A stretch of 64,000 bases of DNA from Parcubacteria group bacterium (lineage in GTDB: Bacteria > Patescibacteriota > Minisyncoccia > Phycocordibacterales > UBA2135), in NCBI GenBank assembly GCA_016180525.1, contig JACPBB010000001.1, positions 11,320 through 75,319 on the forward strand, written 5' to 3'. The notes beneath the pieces are model-generated. The model was not told the origin of the DNA and did not search any database. It worked only from the letters and a program-made list of their open reading frames with translations. Shown here piece by piece: positions 30,172 through 39,717 of this stretch. Each line of letters begins with the position of its first letter. Positions within the stretch are counted from its first letter, which is position 1. The translations under genes were made by a program, and so were the position numbers.

Positions 30172-30471
30172 TTAATAACTCCATCCTGACAGAAAAAAAT
30201 GTATATATGAATGAGATTCATCACAGAAGTAAAAAACGTCTCCGGAATGCACCTCAACTTTTATTTTATCTGGCTTGTTTGAAATATCTTGCGCGCACAG
30301 TGAACACTTTATTTTTCCGTCATCGTGGCTCAATATATGACTTACTTTCTTAAAAAAATATATGGGGTACGATACCATTCCGTAAAAAAGTATCCACAGA
30401 GCCTCAATGAGCGCATATAACAATGAAAGAAAAAATTTAAGGGCATTCATCTCTAAAGCTCCTATAAACAT
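30172..30471 (-). CDS. Small orphan with TM and CxxC..FC..H (TRASH/YHS-like) motif
   Basis: CSLC..VFYFCDESH. Confidence 0.5.
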   Translation of the reverse strand: MFIGALEMNALKFFLSLLYALIEALWILFYGMVSYPIYFFKKVSHILSHDDGKIKCSLCAQDISNKPDKIKVEVHSGDVFYFCDESHSYIHFFLSGWSY

Positions 30472-30614
30472 CTGTTGCGCTATTCTCTATTCATTAAAGC
30501 AAATAAATACCGCAAGGCAAGCCCTGCGGTATTAAACCGACACGAGCTCCTCAGCTTCTACTTCGCCAATAAAAAAATATTTTACAAAAACACTCACTGT
30601 AAAAAATGAGTGTT

Positions 30615-31034
30615 TTACTCCCCTGTTTCTCCAATAACCGCTTTTTGGAGTTCATGCAGTCCTATGCGCAATTGTTCGCTTTCTTTCTCTTCTTGCGTTT
30701 CCGGCTGCAGTGGCGGAGTGCGAACCGGAACGATCTTTGAAAATAGCATATTCCACAGAGATGCCGCAAAATACCACATTTTTCCGATTGGAACAGTAGA
30801 TATATGCGGCTCCGGCTCAATAATACGATTTTTTGTATAACCTTCCACAATATCAAGCACAATACGGGAATGTCCTCGTACTTCAGTTTGAAAATGGAAT
30901 AATCGCATTTCAACGTTAGAGAGAACGGCTATATATAAGTCGTTGCCACCATTCATCCACCTCAGCTCGCTAGATTTTGTTTTTTGTAATAGAATTTTTA
31001 CCTGCTCGTACGACTTTAGCGCTCTGCCTTTCAT
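30615..31034 (-). CDS. Hypothetical protein
   Basis: 139-aa ORF, GGGGGTG SD-like sequence upstream, hairpin at the stop. Confidence 0.6.
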   Translation of the reverse strand: MKGRALKSYEQVKILLQKTKSSELRWMNGGNDLYIAVLSNVEMRLFHFQTEVRGHSRIVLDIVEGYTKNRIIEPEPHISTVPIGKMWYFAASLWNMLFSKIVPVRTPPLQPETQEEKESEQLRIGLHELQKAVIGETGE

Positions 31035-31144
31035 TAACCCACCCCCGCAAAGAATCTTCTTTTTGTATTATACCACGTCGCTTGTTTTTAATTTAAAAGA
31101 GTAGTAGATATAAAACAGAGAAGTAAATAAAGGATTTATGCAAA

Positions 31145-31393
31145 ATGAACAGAAAAGAGTTCACGGATGAGGAGCGAGAAGAAATTGAGGGCTGGGCACG
31201 AGAATTGGCTGACTTAATGGGAAAACATTTTCTTAAACCTCCAAATCCTGCCATTCAAGATAAAGTTAAAAAATTAAGAAAAAAGATTGAAGGTAAAGGA
31301 CTCTATATAACATGGGAAATGTCTATAACTGACCTCCAAAAACTTGAAGGAAAAGCGGATGTGCATCTCTGGGTTCCCAAGCATCTAATGTAG
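31145..31393 (+). CDS. Hypothetical protein
   Basis: 82-aa ORF, AAGGA upstream, terminator at ~31400-31440. Confidence 0.6.
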   Translation: MNRKEFTDEEREEIEGWARELADLMGKHFLKPPNPAIQDKVKKLRKKIEGKGLYITWEMSITDLQKLEGKADVHLWVPKHLM

Positions 31394-31467
31394 ATCAATA
31401 AAAATCCCCTGCCGAAAAGGCAAGGGGGTTTTATTTTTTTAACAGAACAAAATTATCAAAAAGTCAA

Positions 31468-31520
31468 TTGAATTGAAATATATATATATATATAATCTCT
31501 AAATAGAAGTAAGGAGGAAC
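31468..31520 (+). promoter_or_regulatory. Sigma70 promoter and SD
   Basis: TTGAAT-17-TATAAT (31468-31496), then AAGGAGG. Confidence 0.7.
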
Positions 31521-31526
31521 ATTTTT

Positions 31527-32213
31527 ATGCCATACGTTCCGAGCGAAAAAACAACTCCGCCCGCCGAAGATCGCACTGTTCTTGATCCGGCCGTTAATGC
31601 AGTTGCTGAAAAAATTGCTAAAAACGTAACGAACAATTTTTCTCTTTTACAGGAATATAAAAGAGTGTTTATGGCTATTTCTGCTGGAATTGTGTACTTT
31701 GTTTTAGGTGGAAAGAAAAATTCTGAAAATCCTCATCCAGAATATTTACTTGCCTATACTATCTTTAACGTCGCAGAAAAATACGGTTACGAAGGCGCAT
31801 TCCTCGGCGAGCTGAATTATGCGATTACTCGTCTTATCCAGCGTGTCCCGCAAGTCATGGTTAAAAACGGCACATGGAAAGATACGGATGAGTTGCGCTA
31901 TTGGTTGTATGCCTGTACTGCCTCTGCATTGCGATATGCTGCCACACACACTGAAGATTTGAATTTAGGAATTGACGGCGTCTTTGAAGACATCAAAGAC
32001 GAGTATAAATGGCGTGTTAACAGGCCGTACGAAATCGCTCAAATTCTGAAAAGCGGCGACTGCTATGACGCTCCGTATTATTCACGCGTCATTGAAGTTG
32101 TCGATGAAGACGGAAAACTTATTGGGCATCAAGAAATTATGCTGAAGCGCAGTGATGAAACTTTAAAAATAGACTTACTTCCTTTGCAAATTGTTGTTAA
32201 GAAAAAAAAGTAG
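31527..32213 (+). CDS. Hypothetical protein with MPY..GELNYAITRL motif (DUF6899-like)
   Basis: Motif recalled from small phage-associated proteins; terminator at 32216-32240. Confidence 0.6.
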   Translation: MPYVPSEKTTPPAEDRTVLDPAVNAVAEKIAKNVTNNFSLLQEYKRVFMAISAGIVYFVLGGKKNSENPHPEYLLAYTIFNVAEKYGYEGAFLGELNYAITRLIQRVPQVMVKNGTWKDTDELRYWLYACTASALRYAATHTEDLNLGIDGVFEDIKDEYKWRVNRPYEIAQILKSGDCYDAPYYSRVIEVVDEDGKLIGHQEIMLKRSDETLKIDLLPLQIVVKKKK

Positions 32214-32238
32214 AGAAAATCCGCCTTACCGGCGGATT

Positions 32239-32817
32239 TTAATTAACGCGATGCGACGTCTGTGGAACAACATGAGAAATCTTTAACACCCCACTCTCGG
32301 TTGCTTTTATTACGCACACATTTTCAATCCAAACTTTAGGCATAATAGCAATAACGCCTAGAATCAAATCTTCGGTGATATTTTCATCAAAATCTTTTAG
32401 AGCAAAAGTTTCTTTTTTAACTTCCGCAAGAAGGCAAACGAGAAATCCGGTAAGCAAAACCCATAGCGCATCTCTTCGTATAAACGAAGGGCCGGAATGT
32501 ACAGAAAAAAGTTTTTGCGCTTCTCTAATACCGGAGAGAACTTTATATATGGCCCGCACGTGTTCACGAGCCGTTATGTGCTCATCTCCATCCCTCAGAA
32601 ACCACAGGAAACTTGTATAGAATGCCATCAAATCGGTATTTAAAACACTGACCAACTCTTTGCTTTTGTCGGGAAACAATTGAGCGTTTGGGGCGTCCTT
32701 AGTAATCCAATCTAAAATAAAGAATGTATTGCTCTTAAGAGCTTCAAGATTTTCTTTTTCTTCCGTCGTATTAGTCATGGCAACTCTATTAGATGCTTCT
32801 GTTAAATAGCATGTCAT
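32239..32817 (-). CDS. Hypothetical protein
   Basis: 192-aa ORF sharing a convergent terminator. Confidence 0.6.
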   Translation of the reverse strand: MTCYLTEASNRVAMTNTTEEKENLEALKSNTFFILDWITKDAPNAQLFPDKSKELVSVLNTDLMAFYTSFLWFLRDGDEHITAREHVRAIYKVLSGIREAQKLFSVHSGPSFIRRDALWVLLTGFLVCLLAEVKKETFALKDFDENITEDLILGVIAIMPKVWIENVCVIKATESGVLKISHVVPQTSHRVN

Positions 32818-32924
32818 AAAAAAATATTAAGTCAACTTTAATTTGGCGGACATTAGATGTCCGCCAAATACATCAAAAACTCCCCGCAGGAGGAGTTTTT
32901 GATTCATAATTCCTGATTCTTTGT

Positions 32925-33233
32925 TTATGGCACTTGCGGAGCGTTCAATTCAAAATCATGAGACTGGCCAGCCTTGATACGCTCCAAGTTGCTTACAAAA
33001 GATTCCCACAATAAATTTATGAAAATATTGTTCCAAAAATATAAGACGGGGCTTCTCAAGTATTCCTGCCATACTGTTACTGTAAAACCCCACACATATT
33101 GTAAATTTGATTGCGTTTGCGGCGCTTCTATAATGCCCCGAATATCAATATTGAAATAGCTTAAGACGATAATAACAATAATGATGAGCAGAATGAGACG
33201 CAAAAATCCTTTTTGATTACGTATGTAAAGCAT
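32925..33233 (-). CDS. Small membrane protein with pilin-like N-terminus
   Basis: MLYIRNQKG-FLRLILLIII; TATAAT lies 6 nt upstream of the ATG. Confidence 0.7.
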   Translation of the reverse strand: MLYIRNQKGFLRLILLIIIVIIVLSYFNIDIRGIIEAPQTQSNLQYVWGFTVTVWQEYLRSPVLYFWNNIFINLLWESFVSNLERIKAGQSHDFELNAPQVP

Positions 33234-33253
33234 GAATGTATTATAACACAAAC

Positions 33254-33331
33254 GAGGCTTTAGGTGCTAGGCATTAGGCTTTAGGGTTTTGTTTATTGCC
33301 CTAGCGCCTAGTGCCTAACGCTTAGAGCCTA
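33254..33331 (-). repeat. Heptamer hairpin element starting at the TAG stop of the M23 gene
   Basis: TAGGCTC TAAGCGT TAGGCAC TAGGCGC TAGG-loop-CCTAAA GCCTAAT GCCTAGC ACCTAAA GCCT. Confidence 0.85.
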
Positions 33332-34603
33332 CAAGTAAGACAATGGATTTAAGTACGCCTCTGTCGGCGCAATGGGAATATCAACATTTTTACAATTTTT
33401 ACTATTAACAAACCGCTCAACACGAACCCCTTGTGACGCATATACCGTAAAGTGCAAATGAGGGCCTGTGGCATATCCGGTTTTTCCGCTATATCCGATT
33501 ATCTCCCCTACAGATACCTCTTGGCCAGGAACAACTTTTATAAGAGAAAGATGCGCGTACAAAGTTGCGAGACCATTAAAATGTCGTATAAGAACCCATT
33601 TGCCGTATGAATAGCATCCTCTAACCGCATCGGTATTACCAACATCCATCACTGTTCCGTTTGCGGCACTCAAGACGACTGTTCCTACTGACGCTCTTAA
33701 ATCAATTCCGTTATGACCCCGATTGTTGTACACTTGGGGATTTTGGTTCGCAAAAGAAGTATTCCCAAAATATTGTGTGATTTTTATAGAATTAAGCGGC
33801 CAGCGCAAAATACCCTTACCCGGTTTTGGAAGACTTGTTGGATCAATTTCAATTCGTAATTGAGCTTCAAACTCCCGTAACTCTTCTTCAAGTGCCTCCC
33901 GTTTTTGCAACTGTTCAGCAAGAATTTTCTTATAATCGGATTCTCTGTTTTTTGTCTCTTTAAGCAGCGCGCTCTGGTTTGCTTTGTTTTGCCTCACAAT
34001 TTCCTTTTGGTCGGCAAGGCGGGCGTTAAATGCGACCAGGTTCCGTTTCTCTTTTTCTGACGCCGCCTTTGCTTCCTCGTGGTCAATTTTTAATTCCTGC
34101 AGTGTATTTACTTTTTCATGTACTTCATTTTGAAATTGCTGCAAACCTTGCACGCCATTCCAAAATCCGGCAAATCCAAATTCTGAAAAAATAATTTCAA
34201 TAAAACTATGTGATTCAAGCTCGTTTATTTTACGTATTGACTGACCAAGCGCCGCGTCTCCATTTTTAATTCTTTTTTCTTTATCTACAATTAAAAGCGC
34301 GAGCTCTGCTATCGTCGCATTCGCTTTTCCGATTCTTTGTTCTGTGAGCCGAATATCAGCGGTTAATTTTTTATCAGTAAGCTCGAGCTGTTTAATCGCA
34401 CTTTCAAGTGTCTGCGCTTCGTTTCCGACAGATTCTATTTGAGAATCTAGTTTGTCAATCTCCGCTTGAATTTCCTGAATTTTAGCATTTCGATCTTCTA
34501 TTTTTGACTGCAACTCATCAACAATCTGCGCGTGAACAAGAAAAAGAGGAGTTGCAAATAGCAGAACAAGGCAGAATATAATTTGATTATGTTTAGCAAA
34601 CAT
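33329..34603 (-). CDS. M23 peptidase with coiled coil (EnvC/CwlO-like)
   Basis: Signal peptide, long coiled coil, HNGID, YAHLS, TGPHLHF. Confidence 0.92.
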   Translation of the reverse strand: MFAKHNQIIFCLVLLFATPLFLVHAQIVDELQSKIEDRNAKIQEIQAEIDKLDSQIESVGNEAQTLESAIKQLELTDKKLTADIRLTEQRIGKANATIAELALLIVDKEKRIKNGDAALGQSIRKINELESHSFIEIIFSEFGFAGFWNGVQGLQQFQNEVHEKVNTLQELKIDHEEAKAASEKEKRNLVAFNARLADQKEIVRQNKANQSALLKETKNRESDYKKILAEQLQKREALEEELREFEAQLRIEIDPTSLPKPGKGILRWPLNSIKITQYFGNTSFANQNPQVYNNRGHNGIDLRASVGTVVLSAANGTVMDVGNTDAVRGCYSYGKWVLIRHFNGLATLYAHLSLIKVVPGQEVSVGEIIGYSGKTGYATGPHLHFTVYASQGVRVERFVNSKNCKNVDIPIAPTEAYLNPLSYL

Positions 34604-34728
34604 GCCTATATAAAATTTTAATTTCTAATTTTAAATTTTGAATGAATTTTAAATGATTTAATGTTTCAAAATTAATACATTAGAATTTCATTCAAAATTC
34701 AGAATTCAAAATTGAAAATTTATCATAT
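34604..34728 (-). repeat. AT-rich heptamer hairpin (AATTTTG)n/(AAAATTT)n, gltX to M23 gene
   Basis: Periodic inverted arms fill the spacer. Confidence 0.7.
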
Positions 34729-36042
34729 TTAAATTAACTTCTTCGCGTGCTCAAGCCTCCGCAGGGTTTCTTCTTTTCCAAGGACTTCGGCTATCGCAAA
34801 CGGATCAGATGATTTTTCTTTTCCCGAAAGAGCGAATCGAAACGGCCACAAGACGCTTCCCCGTCCCATTTCCGTCGCATACTCCCACACGCCTTCTTTT
34901 ACGCGCAAAGCCGTAAATTCTTTCTCCCCCACCTGGGAGAGTATGCTCATTAATTCAGAGAGATATTTTTTTACAACTGATAAATCAGTCTCATTCTTCC
35001 ACAAAAGCCCTTTTTTTTCATACGCGGGCTGTTCCCAAAAATAAGTAAGTTCTCCAGCATCATAAAGACCACGAATATCGCCGAAAACATCAATTTTTTC
35101 GGTCAAAATAGCTATAAGTGCCGCAAGGGATGCTTCGCTCATATTCTGCGCTTCTAGGGGCAAAAATGGCTTAATTTCATCGTGTAAACGTTCCCTGGAA
35201 AGCCGTTTAATATGTTCCCGGTTTATCCATTTTAATTTATCAATGTTAAATACTGCTCCGCTTTTTTGAATCCCCTCAATTGAAAAAACGTTAATAAGTT
35301 CTTCGGTTGAAAATACTTCATTATTATCTTTACCATGCTGAGGAGACCATCCCAAAAGAACCATAAAGTTAATGAGCGCTTCCGGCAAATAGCCTTCTTT
35401 GCGATATTCTAATACAGACATAGCACCATGCCGCTTTGATAATTTGGAACGATCTGGAGAGAGAATGAGCGGAATATGAATATAGAGAGGGCGAGGAGCA
35501 CCGATTGCTTCTTGAATAAGAATTTGCCGGGGCGTGTTTGAAACATGGTCTTCTCCGCGGATGATGTGCGTTACATTCATCTCATAATCATCTATAACCA
35601 CGGCAAGGTGATAGAGCGGGTCACTTTCGTTCCGCGCAATAACAAAATCATGAAGTTCCGTCGTATCAAATATGATGTCACCCCGCACAAGATCGGTAAA
35701 AATAATTTTTTTATTGGGATTTTTAAAACGAATAACACTGTCCTCGGCAACATATGCATGTCCGTTGCGTATAAGAGCCGCGATGTGTTTTTGATATATC
35801 TCCTTCCTCTCAGATTGCCGAAAAAACGCAGGGTGAGTAATCCCAAGCCACTTTAAACTTTCTAAAATATCTGTTTCGTATTCTTTTTTAGAACGTTCCC
35901 TATCCGTATCTTCAATCCGTAAAATCATCTCTCCGTTTTTCTGTTTCGAAAAAAGAAAATTAAAAAGCGCAGTGCGCGCGGCACCAACGTGAAGTGTCCC
36001 GGTTGGTGACGGAGCAAAGCGTGTAATAATTTTATTTTTCAT
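34729..36042 (-). CDS. gltX: Glutamate--tRNA ligase
   Basis: RFAPSPTG.LHVG, RIEDTD, RGEDH, KLSKR. Confidence 0.97.
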   Translation of the reverse strand: MKNKIITRFAPSPTGTLHVGAARTALFNFLFSKQKNGEMILRIEDTDRERSKKEYETDILESLKWLGITHPAFFRQSERKEIYQKHIAALIRNGHAYVAEDSVIRFKNPNKKIIFTDLVRGDIIFDTTELHDFVIARNESDPLYHLAVVIDDYEMNVTHIIRGEDHVSNTPRQILIQEAIGAPRPLYIHIPLILSPDRSKLSKRHGAMSVLEYRKEGYLPEALINFMVLLGWSPQHGKDNNEVFSTEELINVFSIEGIQKSGAVFNIDKLKWINREHIKRLSRERLHDEIKPFLPLEAQNMSEASLAALIAILTEKIDVFGDIRGLYDAGELTYFWEQPAYEKKGLLWKNETDLSVVKKYLSELMSILSQVGEKEFTALRVKEGVWEYATEMGRGSVLWPFRFALSGKEKSSDPFAIAEVLGKEETLRRLEHAKKLI

Positions 36043-37162
36043 GTTTAAGTGCAATCCGAATTGCCTCTCGAGCGATTTTTAAAGCCGCGTCTTTTCTAAA
36101 AAACCCCTGTGCTTGTTTTTTCATTTCCTCCTGAAGGGCGCTGTTTTCCATAATCCGATTTATTTCCGAAAGTAACAAATGGGGAGTTAAATTTTTTTCT
36201 TCCATGACAATCGCCGCCCCAGAGCGAGCATAATTAAAAGCATTCTTCCGCTGATGGTCTCCATTCGATTTTGTTATTGGAACAATGATAGACGGAAGCC
36301 CCCATGAAGCAATTTCAAAAATAGTTGAGCCGGCACGTGATATAACGAGAGAAGCAACCCCAGCGGACATCCGAAGAGCAAGGGTGTGTAAATATCCAAA
36401 TGGTTTGTAGCGCCCAGTTTCGAGCCCCCCTTCTTTTAGAATCGCGAATGACATTTGCTCAGCGTTTTTTATATGAGCAACTCCTGTTTGATGAATTAGT
36501 TGATATTTTCCTATAAGCTGTGGGAGAGCATCCAGTATGACATTATTTATAATTTCAGCGCCCTGTGAACCGCCGAGAACAAGTATAACGGGAATATGTT
36601 CTTCAAGTTTGAGATATTCATATGCCCCTTCTTTAATTGGATTAGCAATATCTCTCCGTACAGGCTGCCCCACAACTGCAGTTTTTTCCTTTGGAAAGAA
36701 AGATGCCGCGCTATCCCACGAAACAGCAATCCGCTCTGCGAATTTACCGGCCCATATATTGCTCCTTCCTGGAATAGCGTCTGACTCATGGATGATAATT
36801 GGAATCCGAAAGATACGCGCCGCAAAAACGACGGGAACGCTCGCATATCCGCCCTTGCTGATTACGACGTCAGGATACAGATTGAATAATTTAAAAAGCG
36901 CCTGAATTGTACCAAGACAAAGTATAAACACGTCTATAATATTGAGCACGGAAAGATAACGTCTTAATTTACCGGAAAAAACGTGTTTAAAAGTGATGTT
37001 ATTTTCAAACAATGCTTTTTTATCAAACGGAGAAACCGACATATAAAAAATTTCCGGGTGCAAGAGTTTTTCCGTTTCAGCAATCTTATGTAACTCTTCC
37101 GCAATGGCGATAAGAGGGTAGAAATGTCCGGCAGTGCCTCCGCCGGTTAAAACAATTTTCAT
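36032..37162 (-). CDS. murG: UDP-GlcNAc:lipid I GlcNAc transferase
   Basis: GGGTAGH, KGGYAS, HESD, GGSQGA, HQRKNA. Confidence 0.96.
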   Translation of the reverse strand: MKIVLTGGGTAGHFYPLIAIAEELHKIAETEKLLHPEIFYMSVSPFDKKALFENNITFKHVFSGKLRRYLSVLNIIDVFILCLGTIQALFKLFNLYPDVVISKGGYASVPVVFAARIFRIPIIIHESDAIPGRSNIWAGKFAERIAVSWDSAASFFPKEKTAVVGQPVRRDIANPIKEGAYEYLKLEEHIPVILVLGGSQGAEIINNVILDALPQLIGKYQLIHQTGVAHIKNAEQMSFAILKEGGLETGRYKPFGYLHTLALRMSAGVASLVISRAGSTIFEIASWGLPSIIVPITKSNGDHQRKNAFNYARSGAAIVMEEKNLTPHLLLSEINRIMENSALQEEMKKQAQGFFRKDAALKIAREAIRIALKHEK

Positions 37163-37233
37163 AGGCTTTAGGCTTTAGGCTTTAGGGATTAGGGATTACA
37201 TATTTTTCCTAACGCCTAGCGCCTAGTGCCTTA
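37163..37233 (-). repeat. Heptamer hairpin element, ftsW to murG
   Basis: TAA GGCAC TAGGCGC TAGGCGT TAGG-loop-CCCTAAA GCCTAAA GCCTAAA GCCT-ATG. Confidence 0.9.
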
Positions 37234-38325
37234 ATTTTTACAATATCGAGATATATTCAAAATAATTCCCGAGCCAATAAACGTGAGAAGTAATGCTGTT
37301 CCTCCATGACTTATGAACGGAAGCGGTAGACCGGTGAGAGGAAAAATGGCGAGCATTGACCCAATGTTTAAAAACGCTTGGCCTGTTATAAGTATAACAA
37401 TTCCCACAACAGCGAGTCTAGAAAAATAATCAGGAGCTCTGTTCGCAATTTGAAATCCTCGTATCGCAAAAAACACAAATAGCAAAATGATAACGAGGGC
37501 GCCAATAAGACCGAATTCTTCCGCGGCGACTGCAAAAATTGAGTCGGAAATAGGCTCCGGTAAATACGTAAATTTTTGAACTCCATGCCCAAATCCCCTA
37601 CCCCATAATCCTCCGGAGCCAACAGCGATGAGTGCTTGCCCTATCTGCCAGCCAGCCCCCTGCACGTCGCTCCATGGGTTTATAAAAGTCAAAATACGCT
37701 CCGCCACATACGGCCGCGTATAAGCAAGCACGGTAAGTCCGACAATTGCCATAACGACAAGCGCGGCGATGTCCCGGAGACGAGCTCCGCTTGCAAAAAA
37801 TATTCCCACTGCGGCGGCAAGCATGACCGCAAGTGTTCCTGTATCCGGCTGTTTTAATAATATAAAACACACAATTCCCAAAAAAATAAAAAGTGGCAAA
37901 AGTCCGTAGGCAATTGTTTGTACCTTGAGACGAACGCCTGAAAACCACGCGGCAAGATAAAGCACCAATCCTAACTTTAATAACTCCGCTGGCTGAAACG
38001 AAAACGAACCAATCTCTACCCACCGAGACGCTCCTTTTAAGGTAAGCCCAATATCGGGAACAAAAACTAAAAGAGTCAGAATAATAGATGCAAGAAAAAT
38101 ATAGAATGAGTATTTTTTCCAAATTTTATAATTAATTTTTGAAACCAAAAAAAGCAGCGCGAGACCTGGTAAAAGCCCCAAAAAAACCTGATTAAAAATA
38201 ATTGATGACATCTTCGCTCCTTCTTCACGCGCAAGAAGGCCAAACGACGCAGAGAGAAAAATAAGAAATCCCCCTCCGGCAAGAAGCAATACGAGTGACA
38301 GAAACCATAGGTCAATTTTGTTCAT
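37231..38325 (-). CDS. ftsW: SEDS peptidoglycan polymerase FtsW
   Basis: GASRW, FQPAE..K, QPD.GT, LPE..SD.IF, TGLPLPFIS.GG; lies between mraY and murG. Confidence 0.92.
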   Translation of the reverse strand: MNKIDLWFLSLVLLLAGGGFLIFLSASFGLLAREEGAKMSSIIFNQVFLGLLPGLALLFLVSKINYKIWKKYSFYIFLASIILTLLVFVPDIGLTLKGASRWVEIGSFSFQPAELLKLGLVLYLAAWFSGVRLKVQTIAYGLLPLFIFLGIVCFILLKQPDTGTLAVMLAAAVGIFFASGARLRDIAALVVMAIVGLTVLAYTRPYVAERILTFINPWSDVQGAGWQIGQALIAVGSGGLWGRGFGHGVQKFTYLPEPISDSIFAVAAEEFGLIGALVIILLFVFFAIRGFQIANRAPDYFSRLAVVGIVILITGQAFLNIGSMLAIFPLTGLPLPFISHGGTALLLTFIGSGIILNISRYCKN

Positions 38326-38409
38326 AGGCGTTAGGCGTTAGGCGTTAGGCGTTAGGCGTTTTAGGATTTTAATTTTCCTAGAGCCTAGTGTCCTAGTGCC
38401 TAGAGCCTA
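38326..38409 (-). repeat. Heptamer hairpin element, mraY to ftsW
   Basis: Begins with the TAG stop and ends (GCCTAAC)4 GCCT-ATG. Confidence 0.9.
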
Positions 38410-39459
38410 AATTAAAGCGATCACCATCCCTAAAATCGCGAGCACTCCGCTTAAAATCCAAAAGCGCATGGTAACCTTATACGCGGGCCATCCCAAAGCT
38501 TCAAAATGATGATGAATGGGCGCGATAAGAAATACTTTTCTACCAAATATTTTTTTTCCTATGAGTTGTACAATAACAGATGCCGGAGCGGCAAAGAGAA
38601 AAAAGGCAATGAGCGGCAAAACAATAACAGCCTTTGTAAGAAAGGCGACAACGGCAAGGGTCGTGGTAAGCCCTAAAATCCCCGTCTCTGACATATAGAA
38701 TCGCGCGGGAGGAATATTAAACCACAAAAACGCAAAGGTGCCTCCGGCAATGACACTGCAAAACGCCGCAAGGTCAATTTGGTTTTGAAAAAACGCGATT
38801 CCGGCATACGCGGCAAACGCAGTCGCAAGAATGCCCCCCGCAAGCCCGTCAAGCCCGTCAATAACCCCACCCGAAAAAAGAGCAAGCATGACAAGCATAA
38901 AGAAAGGTATAAAAAAAATCCCTAGAGAAATTTCCCCGAGAAACGGTATCGCGATAGTACTCACGCCCAATTTAACAAAAAACCACCATGCACCGATTGC
39001 CCCAATCCCTAAAACAGTAGCGATACGAAAAGACAATGGAAGCCCCCCGGCAACATATCCGCCTCGCCCAAACACAACTAAAAAATCATCAAATAATCCG
39101 ACACACGATGCCGCAAGAAGCGTAAAAAGGGGTAGCCAAGTTTGACTTCTGCTTAAAAAATTAAATTTTTCAGCTGCTTCCCCGGAAAATAGCTTTGATA
39201 GTAAAAAAAAGAATAAAACAGTAATAAGCGTTGAAAGCCAAATAATAATACCTCCCATACGCGGAGTGTTCGTTTCTTTTTCTTTATGAAGCGCGTTGAA
39301 AAGCGGCGTCTCCCCTCCTCCGAGCGCTTCATTCCGCGCTTTTTTTTTCCAAAGTTTATATTTATAGAGATAGTGCGTAACAAACGGAGTTATTGAAATG
39401 CCAATAGCAAACGCGACTGTCGCAGGAATAAATACTTTTAAGACGTTGATGATTTCCAT
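38407..39459 (-). CDS. mraY: Phospho-N-acetylmuramoyl-pentapeptide transferase
   Basis: TPRMGG, GLFDD, DGLDGL, FN.PPA, APIHHHFE. Confidence 0.95.
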   Translation of the reverse strand: MEIINVLKVFIPATVAFAIGISITPFVTHYLYKYKLWKKKARNEALGGGETPLFNALHKEKETNTPRMGGIIIWLSTLITVLFFFLLSKLFSGEAAEKFNFLSRSQTWLPLFTLLAASCVGLFDDFLVVFGRGGYVAGGLPLSFRIATVLGIGAIGAWWFFVKLGVSTIAIPFLGEISLGIFFIPFFMLVMLALFSGGVIDGLDGLAGGILATAFAAYAGIAFFQNQIDLAAFCSVIAGGTFAFLWFNIPPARFYMSETGILGLTTTLAVVAFLTKAVIVLPLIAFFLFAAPASVIVQLIGKKIFGRKVFLIAPIHHHFEALGWPAYKVTMRFWILSGVLAILGMVIALI

Positions 39460-39463
39460 GATA

Positions 39464-39526
39464 CTAGGCTTTAGGCTTTAGGCTTTAGGAATTTCGTTTT
39501 TTCTAATGCCTAGCGCCTAGTGCCTC
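39464..39526 (-). repeat. Heptamer hairpin element in the mraY 5' leader
   Basis: Follows TATAAT (39533-39538) and ends GCCTAGTATC-ATG. Confidence 0.85.
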
Positions 39527-39604
39527 AATAATATTATAACACTAAATAGACCTCGCTCAGAAGTTCGCCTCGTTAGAAATTCAGCCATTATTGTTTTTTA
39601 AAAT

Positions 39605-39648
39605 AAAAAAAGCCCCCCGAGCTACCGCGTAAGCAGTAGCATCGGGGG
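39605..39648 (-). terminator. Intrinsic terminator of the GC-rich orphan
   Basis: Stem cccccga..gctac/gtagc..tcggggg followed by a U-tract on the minus strand. Confidence 0.7.
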
Positions 39649-39717
39649 ACGTAGTTTGCTCTCCTCAAGAGTATTTCTCAACTAAAGAGGAGAAAAGAAC
39701 ATTGCCTTGTCGGACCG

